Below are positions 35,671-44,588 of a DNA stretch of 64,000 nucleotides, in pieces. Positions within the stretch are counted from its first letter, which is position 1, and each line of letters begins with the position of its first letter. The stretch is taken from NCBI GenBank assembly GCA_041641295.1, contig JBEPYO010000001.1, forward strand, positions 1,248,001 to 1,312,000, given 5' to 3'. Position numbers and translations under genes: made by a program. Source of the DNA: Nitrososphaerota archaeon. Lineage in GTDB: Archaea > Thermoproteota > Nitrososphaeria_A > Caldarchaeales > Calditenuaceae. Below the pieces are notes generated by a model that was not told the origin of the DNA, did no database searches, and saw only the letters and a program-made list of their open reading frames with translations.

Positions 35671-35802
35671 TTGGAGAATTATAGGGCCTGCTCGCGCTGT
35701 GGCGCTGCTGTGAAGAGGCTCAACATGTATCGCGGCCAGGCACTCTGCGACGAGTGCTACGAGAAGGTTGCAAGTGACTCCGACCTGCTCTGCAGCCACT
35801 AG
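35671..35802 (+). CDS. 43-aa zinc-finger microprotein (absent from the ORF track)
   Basis: TTG start, (M)ENYRACSRCGAAVKRLNMYRGQALCDECYEKVASDSDLLCSH, with two CxxC motifs; GAGGG immediately upstream and CTTATAT near 35631. Confidence 0.7.
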   Translation: MENYRACSRCGAAVKRLNMYRGQALCDECYEKVASDSDLLCSH

Positions 35803-35832
35803 TCCGCGAGGATTTAGGGGATGTTTGTTTAG

Positions 35833-36225
35833 CTACTGTTTGCGGACGAGTTTTTCAATCCTCATTAAGGGGTAGTTCAGCTCATCAATCCAGCTGAGCC
35901 TCCCCCAGACCCTGCTCTGACCATACCTGACCACAACGCTCACCTCGAGGTTCCTAATGTCTATGCGACCGTACCTGTAGGCTGTCTTCCCAATACGCAG
36001 GCCCTTAACCCTCAACTCTACCCTCTCCCTGAATGGCTGGGCGGCGAGGCCCTCGCTCAATTGGGCCAGCAGCCTCTTAATCGCTGCAGGTCTTCTGGGT
36101 AGTGGGAGGCCTAAGAGGTAGTGATAAGCTGTAGCCAGCGCGATTCCCGCCTCGAAAGCCGCCCTCTCAGAGTCGGTGAGGCCCTCGTAGAAATACTTCC
36201 TTCCCGGATCTCTCACTCTCCCCAA
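35833..36225 (-). CDS. mptD: Archaeal dihydroneopterin aldolase (MptD/DUF372)
   Basis: TDSERAAFEAGIAL..YH...G.P, QPF and ELNYPLM motifs. Confidence 0.85.
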   Translation of the reverse strand: MGRVRDPGRKYFYEGLTDSERAAFEAGIALATAYHYLLGLPLPRRPAAIKRLLAQLSEGLAAQPFRERVELRVKGLRIGKTAYRYGRIDIRNLEVSVVVRYGQSRVWGRLSWIDELNYPLMRIEKLVRKQ

Positions 36226-36305
36226 TCCTGTTCGCTGAGTTGTAGCGTTCAGGTGTTAAAAGCCCTTCCCTCCAAAACTTCTACCGGGTGAGGATACTAT
36301 GAATA

Positions 36306-37301
36306 GTGGGGGTTGACTATCATGGATTCGTGGCTAGGGGCGCGGTCGCTAGGGCCTATACCATGCAGGCCCTCGTGAAGTATCACGGCCTGAGGGACTG
36401 GAGCCTGAGGATTCCGTATCATGACAGCATATCGGTGAACACAGATGTCGCATACACAACTGCGCGTGTTACTTTCGGCTCGTTTGAGAGTGATAAGGTT
36501 TTGGCTGGTGGTGTAGAGCTTGTGGGGCGGCCTCGGGAGCGTGTTATAGCTGTGATAGATAGGGTGAGGGCGCTGGCGGGTATCGATGATAAGTGCGTAG
36601 TGGAGACTGAGAATCACCCGAGGATAAGGGCCAAGGGCATGGGCTTCTCCTCATCCGCAGGCGCCGCAATAGCCGCGGCCGCCTACAAGGCCGCCTCACT
36701 CGACAAAAAGTATGGATGGGATTTAAGACTCATATCGCGGATCGCTAGGCTGCTGGCAGGCTCTGCATGCCGCTCGGTTGTGGGTGCGTACGCTAAGTGG
36801 CTGGCAGGAACAGGCGACGAGGATAGCTATGCCATAAGAATAGGCGACGCCTCCGACCTAGATATCAGATATGTTATTGTCCCTCTCTGGCTTGATGTCT
36901 CAACCGAGACGGCTCATAGAGAGGCTGAGACCTCACCATTCCTCTGGGCTAGGGTTGAGTCGGCCAATAGGAGGTGCATAGAGCTTGAGAAGGCTATTAA
37001 GGACGGCGACTTCAAGCGATTCGGCGAGCTTGTAGAGAAGGACTCCCTCGAGCTCCACGCTGTAACAATGACCGGCGCCCAAGGGACGATACTCATGACA
37101 CCAGAAGCCCTAATGGTGATAGAGATTGTCAAGAGGCTGAGAGGGAAAGGAGTAGCGGCCTACTTCTCAATGCAGACAGGTCCAACCGTCTACGTAAACA
37201 CCCTCCCAGAGGATGCTGAGATAGTCGCGGAGGAGATTCGGGCCGGAGGGTTCGACGTACTGGTGTCGGGTATAGGAGGGGAGGTGGAGGTCCTTGGCTG
37301 A
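36306..37301 (+). CDS. GHMP-family (di)phosphomevalonate decarboxylase-like protein, haloarchaeal PMD-type signature
   Basis: QALVKYHGLRD..LRIPYHDSISV, GFSSSAG, GSACRS and YFSMQTGPTVYVNT motifs. Confidence 0.85.
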   Translation: MGVDYHGFVARGAVARAYTMQALVKYHGLRDWSLRIPYHDSISVNTDVAYTTARVTFGSFESDKVLAGGVELVGRPRERVIAVIDRVRALAGIDDKCVVETENHPRIRAKGMGFSSSAGAAIAAAAYKAASLDKKYGWDLRLISRIARLLAGSACRSVVGAYAKWLAGTGDEDSYAIRIGDASDLDIRYVIVPLWLDVSTETAHREAETSPFLWARVESANRRCIELEKAIKDGDFKRFGELVEKDSLELHAVTMTGAQGTILMTPEALMVIEIVKRLRGKGVAAYFSMQTGPTVYVNTLPEDAEIVAEEIRAGGFDVLVSGIGGEVEVLG

Positions 37302-37343
37302 AAGAGAAGATTAAAAAAGTAAGCGATATGTAAGGTAAATGCG

Positions 37344-37508
37344 ATGGGTGAGGTAACGGTAAAGGAGGAGGATGTACCCTTCTTCGCAGAAGTGACCGCA
37401 GGCGGACGTATCACCATCCCGGAGGAGATTAGGAAGATCTTCGACATTAAGGATGGGGACTACCTGCTCTGCAGGATCAAGATCGTGAAGAGGCGTAGCC
37501 GGGACTAG
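37344..37508 (+). CDS. AbrB/MazE/SpoVT-family DNA-binding protein, 54 aa (absent from the ORF track)
   Basis: MGEVTVKEEDVPFFAEVTAGGRITIPEEIRKIFDIKDGDYLLCRIKIVKRRSRD; ATTAAAAA TATA-like site upstream. Confidence 0.85.
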   Translation: MGEVTVKEEDVPFFAEVTAGGRITIPEEIRKIFDIKDGDYLLCRIKIVKRRSRD

Positions 37509-37792
37509 CGAGCTGGACATCTGCACGGTATTTGCCCACAGCGCGGACAGCCTGCACCATATCTTGAGATGAACTCCTTCTGAATGTCAATCCCCAAAAC
37601 ATTACATGTGCTGAGCATCCATGCCAAGAGGTCGGCGAACTCTGGCCCAATGTTTTTAGAGTCTTTAATGTAGGCGTCAGCCACCTCTCCAGCCTCCGAG
37701 AGCATCCAGAGTAGCGTCCTCTCAGCACCCCGCGCAGCGTCGCGCTCGCCGTATATCCTCGCCATCAACCTCTGGCATTCACTAAGCTCCAA
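37505..37792 (-). CDS. MazG-like nucleotide pyrophosphohydrolase
   Basis: YGERDAARG...SEAGEVADA...EFADLLAW and C-terminal CPRCG..PCRC; start set at TTG 37792 after GGAGGG. Confidence 0.85.
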   Translation of the reverse strand: MELSECQRLMARIYGERDAARGAERTLLWMLSEAGEVADAYIKDSKNIGPEFADLLAWMLSTCNVLGIDIQKEFISRYGAGCPRCGQIPCRCPAR

Positions 37793-37895
37793 GACCCTCC
37801 CTCCAGCAGTCTCAACAACAGATACAGCATAAAAATCCTTCCATCTGCCGGTGATGATGTAAACCTTTTCAATCCCAGCCGCCCTATAGGTTTGT

Positions 37896-38846
37896 ATGTC
37901 GTCTGGCAAGGTTTTGAGGAGTCTGCTAAGGGGTGATGGCCTAGTCTTCACCGCGGGAGTATACACGCCTGTTCAGGCAAGGCTGGCTGAGCTCGCGGGG
38001 CTCAGCTGCATCTATGTAAGCGGCTACACATGCTCGATAGGATATCTTCTCAAACCGGATATAGGGTTCCTCAACCTCACAGACATGGTGAACTTCGCCG
38101 GAATGATTACTAGGGCCGTCAGGAAGCCAGTGGTCTCCGATGCTGACGACGCCTATGGAAACGCTGTAACTGCCACAAGGACGGTTGAGGAGTTCGCGAG
38201 GATTGGGGTTGCCGGGATACACGTGGAGGATCAGAGGTTTCCCAAGAGGTGTGGGCACCTAGCCGGCAAACTAGTCCTCCCGTTTGATGAGGCGTTGTTG
38301 AAGATGAAGTCGATTCTGAGGGCGCGGGACGAGGTCGATAGGGACTTAGTCATAATAGCTAGGACCGATGTCTTGGGGTCTGAGGGTGGGACGGTTGAGG
38401 AGGCTGTCCGGAGGGGAGTTGCGTATGCCGATGCTGGGGCCGACGTGGTCTGGGCAGAGTTCAGATCACCCGACGACGAGGCGGCAAAAATATTTGCGGA
38501 GAGGGTCTTGGCCGAGCATCCGGGCCTCCCACTCCTCTTCAACTACTCCTCATCCTTCAGGTGGTCTAAGAGCAGGCTGAGGTTGCGTTTCAAGGATGTA
38601 GCTGATATGGGATATAAGCTCCTCTTGGTGAGCATGGGTGGACTACAGGCCGAGCTCGTCTCCGTATGGAGGTATTTGAAGGCGCTGGCTGAGGAGATGG
38701 AGCAGGCCCACTGGCGGCTCGAGTCCGAGCTCGAAGGTACCCCCTTCGAGAATCTCCACGAATTCGCAGGCATCAGCAGATACGCCGAGCTTGAGAGGCT
38801 CTTCCTACCTAGCAGCGAGCTCCGGGAGAGATACGGCACAGGTTAA
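37896..38846 (+). CDS. Isocitrate lyase/PEP mutase superfamily enzyme, probably a haloarchaeal-type isocitrate lyase
   Basis: YVSGY, DADDAYG, HVEDQ..PKRCGH, IIARTD, WAEF and FNYSSSFRW motifs. Confidence 0.8.
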   Translation: MSSGKVLRSLLRGDGLVFTAGVYTPVQARLAELAGLSCIYVSGYTCSIGYLLKPDIGFLNLTDMVNFAGMITRAVRKPVVSDADDAYGNAVTATRTVEEFARIGVAGIHVEDQRFPKRCGHLAGKLVLPFDEALLKMKSILRARDEVDRDLVIIARTDVLGSEGGTVEEAVRRGVAYADAGADVVWAEFRSPDDEAAKIFAERVLAEHPGLPLLFNYSSSFRWSKSRLRLRFKDVADMGYKLLLVSMGGLQAELVSVWRYLKALAEEMEQAHWRLESELEGTPFENLHEFAGISRYAELERLFLPSSELRERYGTG

Positions 38847-38883
38847 GAATTATAGACTACTCTACAAGTTTACTGGAGTGGAG

Positions 38884-39303
38884 ATGACGACCTATATCGG
38901 CGAGATAGTGGTTCGGACGCGGGGCGAAAACGATGTCGTGGACATAACAGAGAAGGTTGAAGGCTACATTGAGAGGTCAGGGGTGAAAAACGGTGTCGCC
39001 CACCTCTACGTAGTCGGCTCCACGGCAGCATTGACGACCATGGAGTATGAGCCGGGGCTGATAGAGGACATAAGGGCGGCGTTGGAGCGTATAGCGCCAA
39101 GAAACGCCTACTACAAGCACCATGAGAGGTGGGGCGACGATAACGGCCACTCACACATAAGGGCCTCGATAGTAGGCCCCTCCCTCTGCGTCCCCATCAG
39201 AAACGGCTCCCTAACCACGGGGACTTGGCAGCAGCTCGTACTAATCGAGCTCGATACTCGCGCAAGGGAGAGGCGGATACTTGTGACCATCATAGGTGAC
39301 TAA
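38884..39303 (+). CDS. YjbQ/UPF0047-family protein
   Basis: DIT, GSTAALTTMEYEPGL, NGHSHIRAS and GTWQQ..LIELD; ATG at 38884. Confidence 0.92.
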   Translation: MTTYIGEIVVRTRGENDVVDITEKVEGYIERSGVKNGVAHLYVVGSTAALTTMEYEPGLIEDIRAALERIAPRNAYYKHHERWGDDNGHSHIRASIVGPSLCVPIRNGSLTTGTWQQLVLIELDTRARERRILVTIIGD

Positions 39304-39367
39304 ATACTCGAAAAACGGGGGCTCAAAGAAGTTCAGAGAGGCGGTCTGAGAAAAATTACTTGGGCTG

Positions 39368-39793
39368 TTATGGCGGGGTTATCTTGATCGCTTGGACGGG
39401 GCATGCGGATTCGCAGGCCATGCAGAAGATGCAGTCAGACTCTCTAACCGGGTCGGACTTGTCTGTCCTATACTTCTCCCAGAGCTCCTTATCCTTCTCA
39501 GGGTCTATAACCCTGTCCTTCCCAGTGCCTGAGAAGCCCGGGTTCAGGAACCATTCAAACACGTTGACTGGGCAGACATCCATACATGCCCCATCTGCGA
39601 CACAGCAATCGAAATCCACCGCCACGGCTGTGCCGTGGATTCCCAGCCTCGTCGGGTATGGCTTACCCTCACCGTCCAGTCGCTCCATCCCCTCAGCCCA
39701 AACGGCGTGGCCGTGGTGTTCACCAGTTTTCGGGAACTTCTTTGAGAAGTCAGGATCTATGGGTGCTGACTTGAAATCAACTTGTCGGACCAT
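39368..39793 (-). CDS. zfx: Zinc-containing dicluster ferredoxin (Zfx type)
   Basis: PIDPDF...GEHHGH...LGIHGT.VAVDFD, CVADGACMDVCP and KSDP...CIFCMACESACP. Confidence 0.88.
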   Translation of the reverse strand: MVRQVDFKSAPIDPDFSKKFPKTGEHHGHAVWAEGMERLDGEGKPYPTRLGIHGTAVAVDFDCCVADGACMDVCPVNVFEWFLNPGFSGTGKDRVIDPEKDKELWEKYRTDKSDPVRESDCIFCMACESACPVQAIKITPP

Positions 39794-39901
39794 CGGTATC
39801 GAGTCTATTTATTCCGCATCTACTATATCTACTTAACCCAGTTATACGGTTTTGACAGTCAAGAGCTTAGTGGAGCCCACAACCAGCTACGCGAATATTC
39901 C

Positions 39902-40264
39902 CTACTCTATCCGCTCGCCATGATCTGCTGCTAGGATTCTGGTGAAGCATGTCCTAGTGCCTAGATGGCAGGCGGGGCCCTCTGGGATGACACGGTAAAT
40001 TACCGCATCGCCGTCGCAGTCCACCCATATCTCGACAACCCGCATATAGTTTCCTGAGGTCTCACCCTTGAGCCAGAGCCTGCCCCTAGACCTGCTGTAG
40101 AAGTATGCAAGCCCTTCGCGGACTGTCCTCTCAATCGCCTCCCTGTTGGCGTGAGCGAACATCAAGACCTCGCCCGACTCGTGGTCCTGAACTATGACAC
40201 TTACCAAGCCCCCAAGCTTTGAGAAGTCAAGGTCTGAGACTGTCACCCTCTCTGGGCCGCTCAT
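39902..40264 (-). CDS. hisI: Phosphoribosyl-AMP cyclohydrolase
   Basis: YSRSR..LWLKGETSG, DCDGD and ACHLG..TCF motifs. Confidence 0.95.
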   Translation of the reverse strand: MSGPERVTVSDLDFSKLGGLVSVIVQDHESGEVLMFAHANREAIERTVREGLAYFYSRSRGRLWLKGETSGNYMRVVEIWVDCDGDAVIYRVIPEGPACHLGTRTCFTRILAADHGERIE

Positions 40265-41028
40265 AGTCTGACCTCGACGCCGTGTGTCTTTAAATATTCC
40301 TTCACCTGCCTGATCGAGTACACGCCATAGTGAAATACGGAGGCTGCGAGAACGGCGTCCGCGCCACCAAGTTTGACTGCCTCCAAGAAGTGTTTGAGAT
40401 CACCCGCTCCCCCGCTAGCGATGACTGGTATGGAAACGGCATTAGTTATGCGGTGGAGCAGCTCTATGTCATATCCAGTCCTCCTTCCGTCTTGGTCGAT
40501 AGATGTGAGCAGTATCTCTCCTGCGCCAAGCTCTTCTCCGCGCACGGCCCACTTCACAGCGTCCAGTCCTGTCGGCTTGGTCGCGCTGTGGCTGTATACT
40601 TGGAACCACACCTTGCCCGAATCATATTCCCGCTTAGCATCAATGGCTAGTACAGCGCATTGGGCGCCGAATCGCCTCGATATCTCCGTGATGATGCTGG
40701 GGTTTTGGATGGCTGCTGTGTTTACAGCCACCTTGTCTGCACCGTTTGCGAGTATCCTGTAGGCGTCCTCTGCACTTCTAATCCCGCCACCAACGGTGAA
40801 AGGTATGTTTATCTCCGACGCCACCCTACGCACCACATCGACAAATGTTTCCCTACCCTCAACCGAGGCCGAGATATCCAGCAGAGCCAGCTCATCTGCA
40901 CCGTCCTCCACGTACCTAGCAGCTAAGGCCACGGGGTCCCCGGCAGTCTGGAGCTCCCTGAATGATACACCCTTCACAACGACTCCATGATGAACATCAA
41001 GACAGGGTATAACCCTCTTAGCTGGCAC
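40261..41028 (-). CDS. hisF: Imidazole glycerol phosphate synthase cyclase subunit
   Basis: KRVIPCLDV, VVKG, GAGEILLTSIDQDG and ASGGAG motifs. Confidence 0.97.
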   Translation of the reverse strand: MPAKRVIPCLDVHHGVVVKGVSFRELQTAGDPVALAARYVEDGADELALLDISASVEGRETFVDVVRRVASEINIPFTVGGGIRSAEDAYRILANGADKVAVNTAAIQNPSIITEISRRFGAQCAVLAIDAKREYDSGKVWFQVYSHSATKPTGLDAVKWAVRGEELGAGEILLTSIDQDGRRTGYDIELLHRITNAVSIPVIASGGAGDLKHFLEAVKLGGADAVLAASVFHYGVYSIRQVKEYLKTHGVEVRL

Positions 41029-41752
41029 CCGCTACACCTTTAGCAGCCTTGATGTAATCCCTAATCGGTGCCAGCTTCTCATAATAGGCCCTGCCCAGCA
41101 CTACTCCCCTATAGCCGATGCTCGACAGTATCTTGACCTCGCGCGGCGTAGTGATTCCACCGCTAGCGTAGATCGACCCCCTCCTCTCGGCTGGAACCTT
41201 CTCAAAAAATCTCAAGTCCGGCCCCTCCAACGTACCATCCCTCTCCACGGACGTCATCAAAATGTATTTCAGTGAGAGGTCGTCGACGAGTCTAAACCCT
41301 TCCTCAACACGCATGAGGCTCGTCATACTCCACCCCTCATAGACTATGCCCTCGCTGTTGAAGTCTAGTGCAGCGACTAACCGCTCCGGACCATAATCCC
41401 TCACAAGCTCCTTAACCAGCTCCCTATTCTTGAACAGGATGGTCCCAACAACGATCCTGTCGACCCCAATCTTAAAGACGGCTTCAACCCGCTCCCGGGT
41501 CCGGAGACCCCCACCAACCTGTACCGCTTTACCCTCTGCGTTCTTCACAATCTCTTTTAAAACTTCCATGTTGTCCCCCCTGTTCAGGGCCGCGTCAATA
41601 TCAACTACGTGGATACCGTCAATATCTGTAGAGGCCAGCTGACTCGCTACATACGCGGGGTTATTGGAGTAGACGAACATGTTTCCTAAATCTCCTTTTA
41701 TCAGCCTCACTACGCGGCCCTCAAGGATGTCAATCGAGACCCACAGCTCCAT
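41018..41752 (-). CDS. hisA: ProFAR isomerase
   Basis: SIDILEGRVVRL.KG, HVVDIDAA, QVGGGLR, RDGTLEGPD and ASGG; start trimmed to ATG 41752. Confidence 0.92.
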   Translation of the reverse strand: MELWVSIDILEGRVVRLIKGDLGNMFVYSNNPAYVASQLASTDIDGIHVVDIDAALNRGDNMEVLKEIVKNAEGKAVQVGGGLRTRERVEAVFKIGVDRIVVGTILFKNRELVKELVRDYGPERLVAALDFNSEGIVYEGWSMTSLMRVEEGFRLVDDLSLKYILMTSVERDGTLEGPDLRFFEKVPAERRGSIYASGGITTPREVKILSSIGYRGVVLGRAYYEKLAPIRDYIKAAKGVAGAS

Positions 41753-41805
41753 GTATCCACGAATCCATCTAAAAGCCACCATAAATACACAATCCCGGCC
41801 AGCCT

Positions 41806-42843
41806 CTACACCCGCATATTTGGCCAACTCTCCATGGGCTCGGTGGATCTCACAATACGGGCCCCCATCTCCGCAAACCTTTTGAAAGCGAGTTCTGCCT
41901 CCACCGAATAGTCCACAACGCCCGGAACCACCACAGGCGAAGTGCAGTCCTCAAGCAAATATATCCTAGGGACTAGCTCAGGTCTTCTCTCCTTCACGAC
42001 CTCTATCAGGTCTGAGACAGTCCAAGCGACACAGTGACTCTTAGCCTCACCCGCAATTATGAGGGCGTCGTAGGATAGGAGCCGGTTTATGAGCTGCTCA
42101 TCCCTCTCACCTATAAGCTCCCCGCCCGGCCCACGCTTCACCTCAGGCCCCAGGGCAGAGTAGTGCTCTGTGAGCGGTGAGAAGCCCTTCGTCCTTATAA
42201 CTGGCTGGGATGCCCGTGCTATTGCGTGAAAGAACACGGCCTCCTCTACTAGCGGGACGAGAGAGTGTCCTATCCCGCCCAGCATTGCGTGGAATGGCCA
42301 GATGGTTAGCTCGTACTTCCCACTCCTCTCCAGCGTCTCAACATAATGCCTGACGTAGGACTGGAGGTACTCGAGGCTTATCCCAACTGTTCTCGCCGCC
42401 TCTGCAGACACCCTCCACCTCCCCTCTCTAATATCGTCTACTGTTATACGTGTATAGGGGTCGGGATGCCTGCCATTCTCATCCTCGAAGAAGACTGAAT
42501 GGAAGATCTGGTAAGCCTGGTGCGTATCCATCGTGGCCACTATCCCAGTTATCGAGGCCAGATTCCTGTAAATGAAAGACGCCATCCTCTGGCAGTCCTC
42601 CACCGCACCCCTACCGGAGGACCCCGCCACAAAGAGCTCAAACCCAGGCATACAGAAGGTGTTCTGAACATCTATGAGTATCAGGCATGTCCTAAACTCG
42701 TCGGCGGAGGCGGGCTTGATTGAATACTTCTTCCGCCACTCCAAAGCCTCAGCAGCCCTCTGCTGATATGGTACTCGCCAGATCTTGTCTGCTTGGGACG
42801 GGTCGAAGTGTGGGGGGTGTGGGAGCTCTTTAGCCATCAGCAT
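41806..42843 (-). CDS. Isochorismatase/nicotinamidase-like cysteine hydrolase (long type)
   Basis: LIDVQNTFC, TMDTH, IWPFH, TKG...TEHYS and GEAKSHCV (Asp-Lys-Cys triad). Confidence 0.85.
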   Translation of the reverse strand: MLMAKELPHPPHFDPSQADKIWRVPYQQRAAEALEWRKKYSIKPASADEFRTCLILIDVQNTFCMPGFELFVAGSSGRGAVEDCQRMASFIYRNLASITGIVATMDTHQAYQIFHSVFFEDENGRHPDPYTRITVDDIREGRWRVSAEAARTVGISLEYLQSYVRHYVETLERSGKYELTIWPFHAMLGGIGHSLVPLVEEAVFFHAIARASQPVIRTKGFSPLTEHYSALGPEVKRGPGGELIGERDEQLINRLLSYDALIIAGEAKSHCVAWTVSDLIEVVKERRPELVPRIYLLEDCTSPVVVPGVVDYSVEAELAFKRFAEMGARIVRSTEPMESWPNMRV

Positions 42844-42900
42844 ATAGATAGACTGCCTGTCTCATATTGGCTTTTCGCAGAGGAGTAGGCTTAGATTGGT

Positions 42901-43494
42901 CTAGCTCTGTGGTGAGGATGGCTGTTCAGGAAGAGTGAAGAAGGCAACTATCTGAACTATAACTGCTACGAACAAAATTACAAATCCTATAAGAACTATC
43001 GCCAATGCAGCCCCGATAAGGTAGAGAAGACCGGTGGTGGAGAAGAGGCCGGCGCCAAGCTTCTCAGATATAGAACTATAACTCTTCCTAAGGAAGATGC
43101 TGGACACAATAGAAAAGACCCAGACGACTACTAGTGCGGCGAAAACTGCGATAAATAATCCCCAAAATAGTTGAAGTGCTTCAGGCTCTGTAAATTCTCG
43201 CGACAGACCGTCGCCGGCGAAGACCCTTGAGAAGATTTGAGCGAAGCTTGCTAGGCCGAGGGAAAAGCCAACAGCCACACCTACAGCGCCTCCCACTATA
43301 AATAGTATGATTGAGATCAGCATGTTGTTGAATATTGATGAGTCGCCCACAGCGTCAGCGATTTTTTTCACAGCTATAGCGACGAGCACTACTCCTACAA
43401 TGTAGAGTATGAAGCCCACATTTGGGGCCAGTAATAACAGCATCAGTATCGAGCCGATGCCTCCGAGGTATTTTGCATCCCTGATATTGTCCAT
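42901..43494 (-). CDS. DUF996-like membrane protein
   Basis: AKYLGGIGSIL...LFSTTGLLYLIGA...IVAFFTLP with multiple TM segments. Confidence 0.8.
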   Translation of the reverse strand: MDNIRDAKYLGGIGSILMLLLLAPNVGFILYIVGVVLVAIAVKKIADAVGDSSIFNNMLISIILFIVGGAVGVAVGFSLGLASFAQIFSRVFAGDGLSREFTEPEALQLFWGLFIAVFAALVVVWVFSIVSSIFLRKSYSSISEKLGAGLFSTTGLLYLIGAALAIVLIGFVILFVAVIVQIVAFFTLPEQPSSPQS

Positions 43495-43541
43495 GCCTAT
43501 CCCGTGGGTTTTTACGGGTTAATATTCCTTGCGATGCAGCG

Positions 43542-44588
43542 TCAATATCTGACCCTGGGATCAAGTATGAGGTAGAGGGACTCGAGAAGGAGTCTTGCTG
43601 CGACGTAGATTAGGCCGTACATGTAGGTTAGGGCTATTATTATCGCCTCATCTCCCCTCACGACTGCGTCGTAGTAGAGCCTTCCCATTCCAGGCCAGTT
43701 GAATATTGTCTCGGTGAGTATCGCGCCTCCGAGGGAGCCTGCGAGGCTGAAGACTACTATAGTTATGATTGGCGGTGCGGCGGGTCTCATGATGTATCTC
43801 CGTATGACGACGCCCTCGGGCAGTCCTCTAGCCTTTGCGGCCGTAACAAAATCCTCCTGCGCAACATTCAAGACAACGGTCCTTGCAGCATAGATTGATG
43901 GTCCAATGCTCACTGCCACCAGCGTTGTGAGTGGTAGTATTGAGTGCCACAGGATATCGAGCGCTATGAGGTGTGGCTCGGTGGGTGGCGGTGAGCTCAT
44001 AATACCGCCGGGTGGTAGCAGCCTCACATAGTATACGAAGACGAGCAACAGTATTATTCCGGTCCACCAGCTGGGGAGGCCGTTCGATATCGCGGCTAAA
44101 TAGACAGCTATCCTATCCATCCTGCTACCTGGGTTTAGGGCGAGTTTGAGGCCGATATAGATTCCGGCGAGCGTTGAAATCATAACGGCTGATGTAACCA
44201 GCATCACTGTGAATGGAATCCGCTCCATTACTATATCGCTGATTTTTCTGCTCCCGCTGAATCCTTCGATTACCCTTGACTCCCCTAGGTCGAGGAGTAT
44301 GACACGGCGGATTAGGTCGGGAAGCCTGAAGTACCATGGCTTGTCGAGGCCGTAGGATTCTATCAACTCTTGCCTCCGCGCCGCTAGGACGTTCTCAAGC
44401 TCTGTGGGGTCCGTTATGCGCTGTGCCAGCGTCTGCCTCAGGTTTCTCAACTCCTCGTTTATAGTCGCTGTTATGACCCGTTCGGAGAATCCGCTGACTC
44501 CCAATATCACTACAAGAATGGCGATTACCACTAAAAGGACGAGGCCAAGTGAGGCTGCCCTCACAACAAGTGGACGTGCTACGCCCAC
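43542..44588 (-). CDS. Peptide/nickel-type ABC transporter permease (OppB/DppB-like)
   Basis: YGLDKP, DLGES, EAA loop DFVTAAKARGL and ETIFNWPGMG motifs. Confidence 0.92.
   Translation of the reverse strand: MGVARPLVVRAASLGLVLLVVIAILVVILGVSGFSERVITATINEELRNLRQTLAQRITDPTELENVLAARRQELIESYGLDKPWYFRLPDLIRRVILLDLGESRVIEGFSGSRKISDIVMERIPFTVMLVTSAVMISTLAGIYIGLKLALNPGSRMDRIAVYLAAISNGLPSWWTGIILLLVFVYYVRLLPPGGIMSSPPPTEPHLIALDILWHSILPLTTLVAVSIGPSIYAARTVVLNVAQEDFVTAAKARGLPEGVVIRRYIMRPAAPPIITIVVFSLAGSLGGAILTETIFNWPGMGRLYYDAVVRGDEAIIIALTYMYGLIYVAARLLLESLYLILDPRVRY

Noticed and set aside
35605-35799. 64-aa minus-strand ORF
   Set aside because: It is antisense to the better-supported zinc-finger microprotein.
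37344-37792. AbrB plus MazG as a mazEFG-like toxin-antitoxin locus
   Set aside because: The genes are convergent and there is no toxin gene; this MazG type looks like a housecleaning enzyme.
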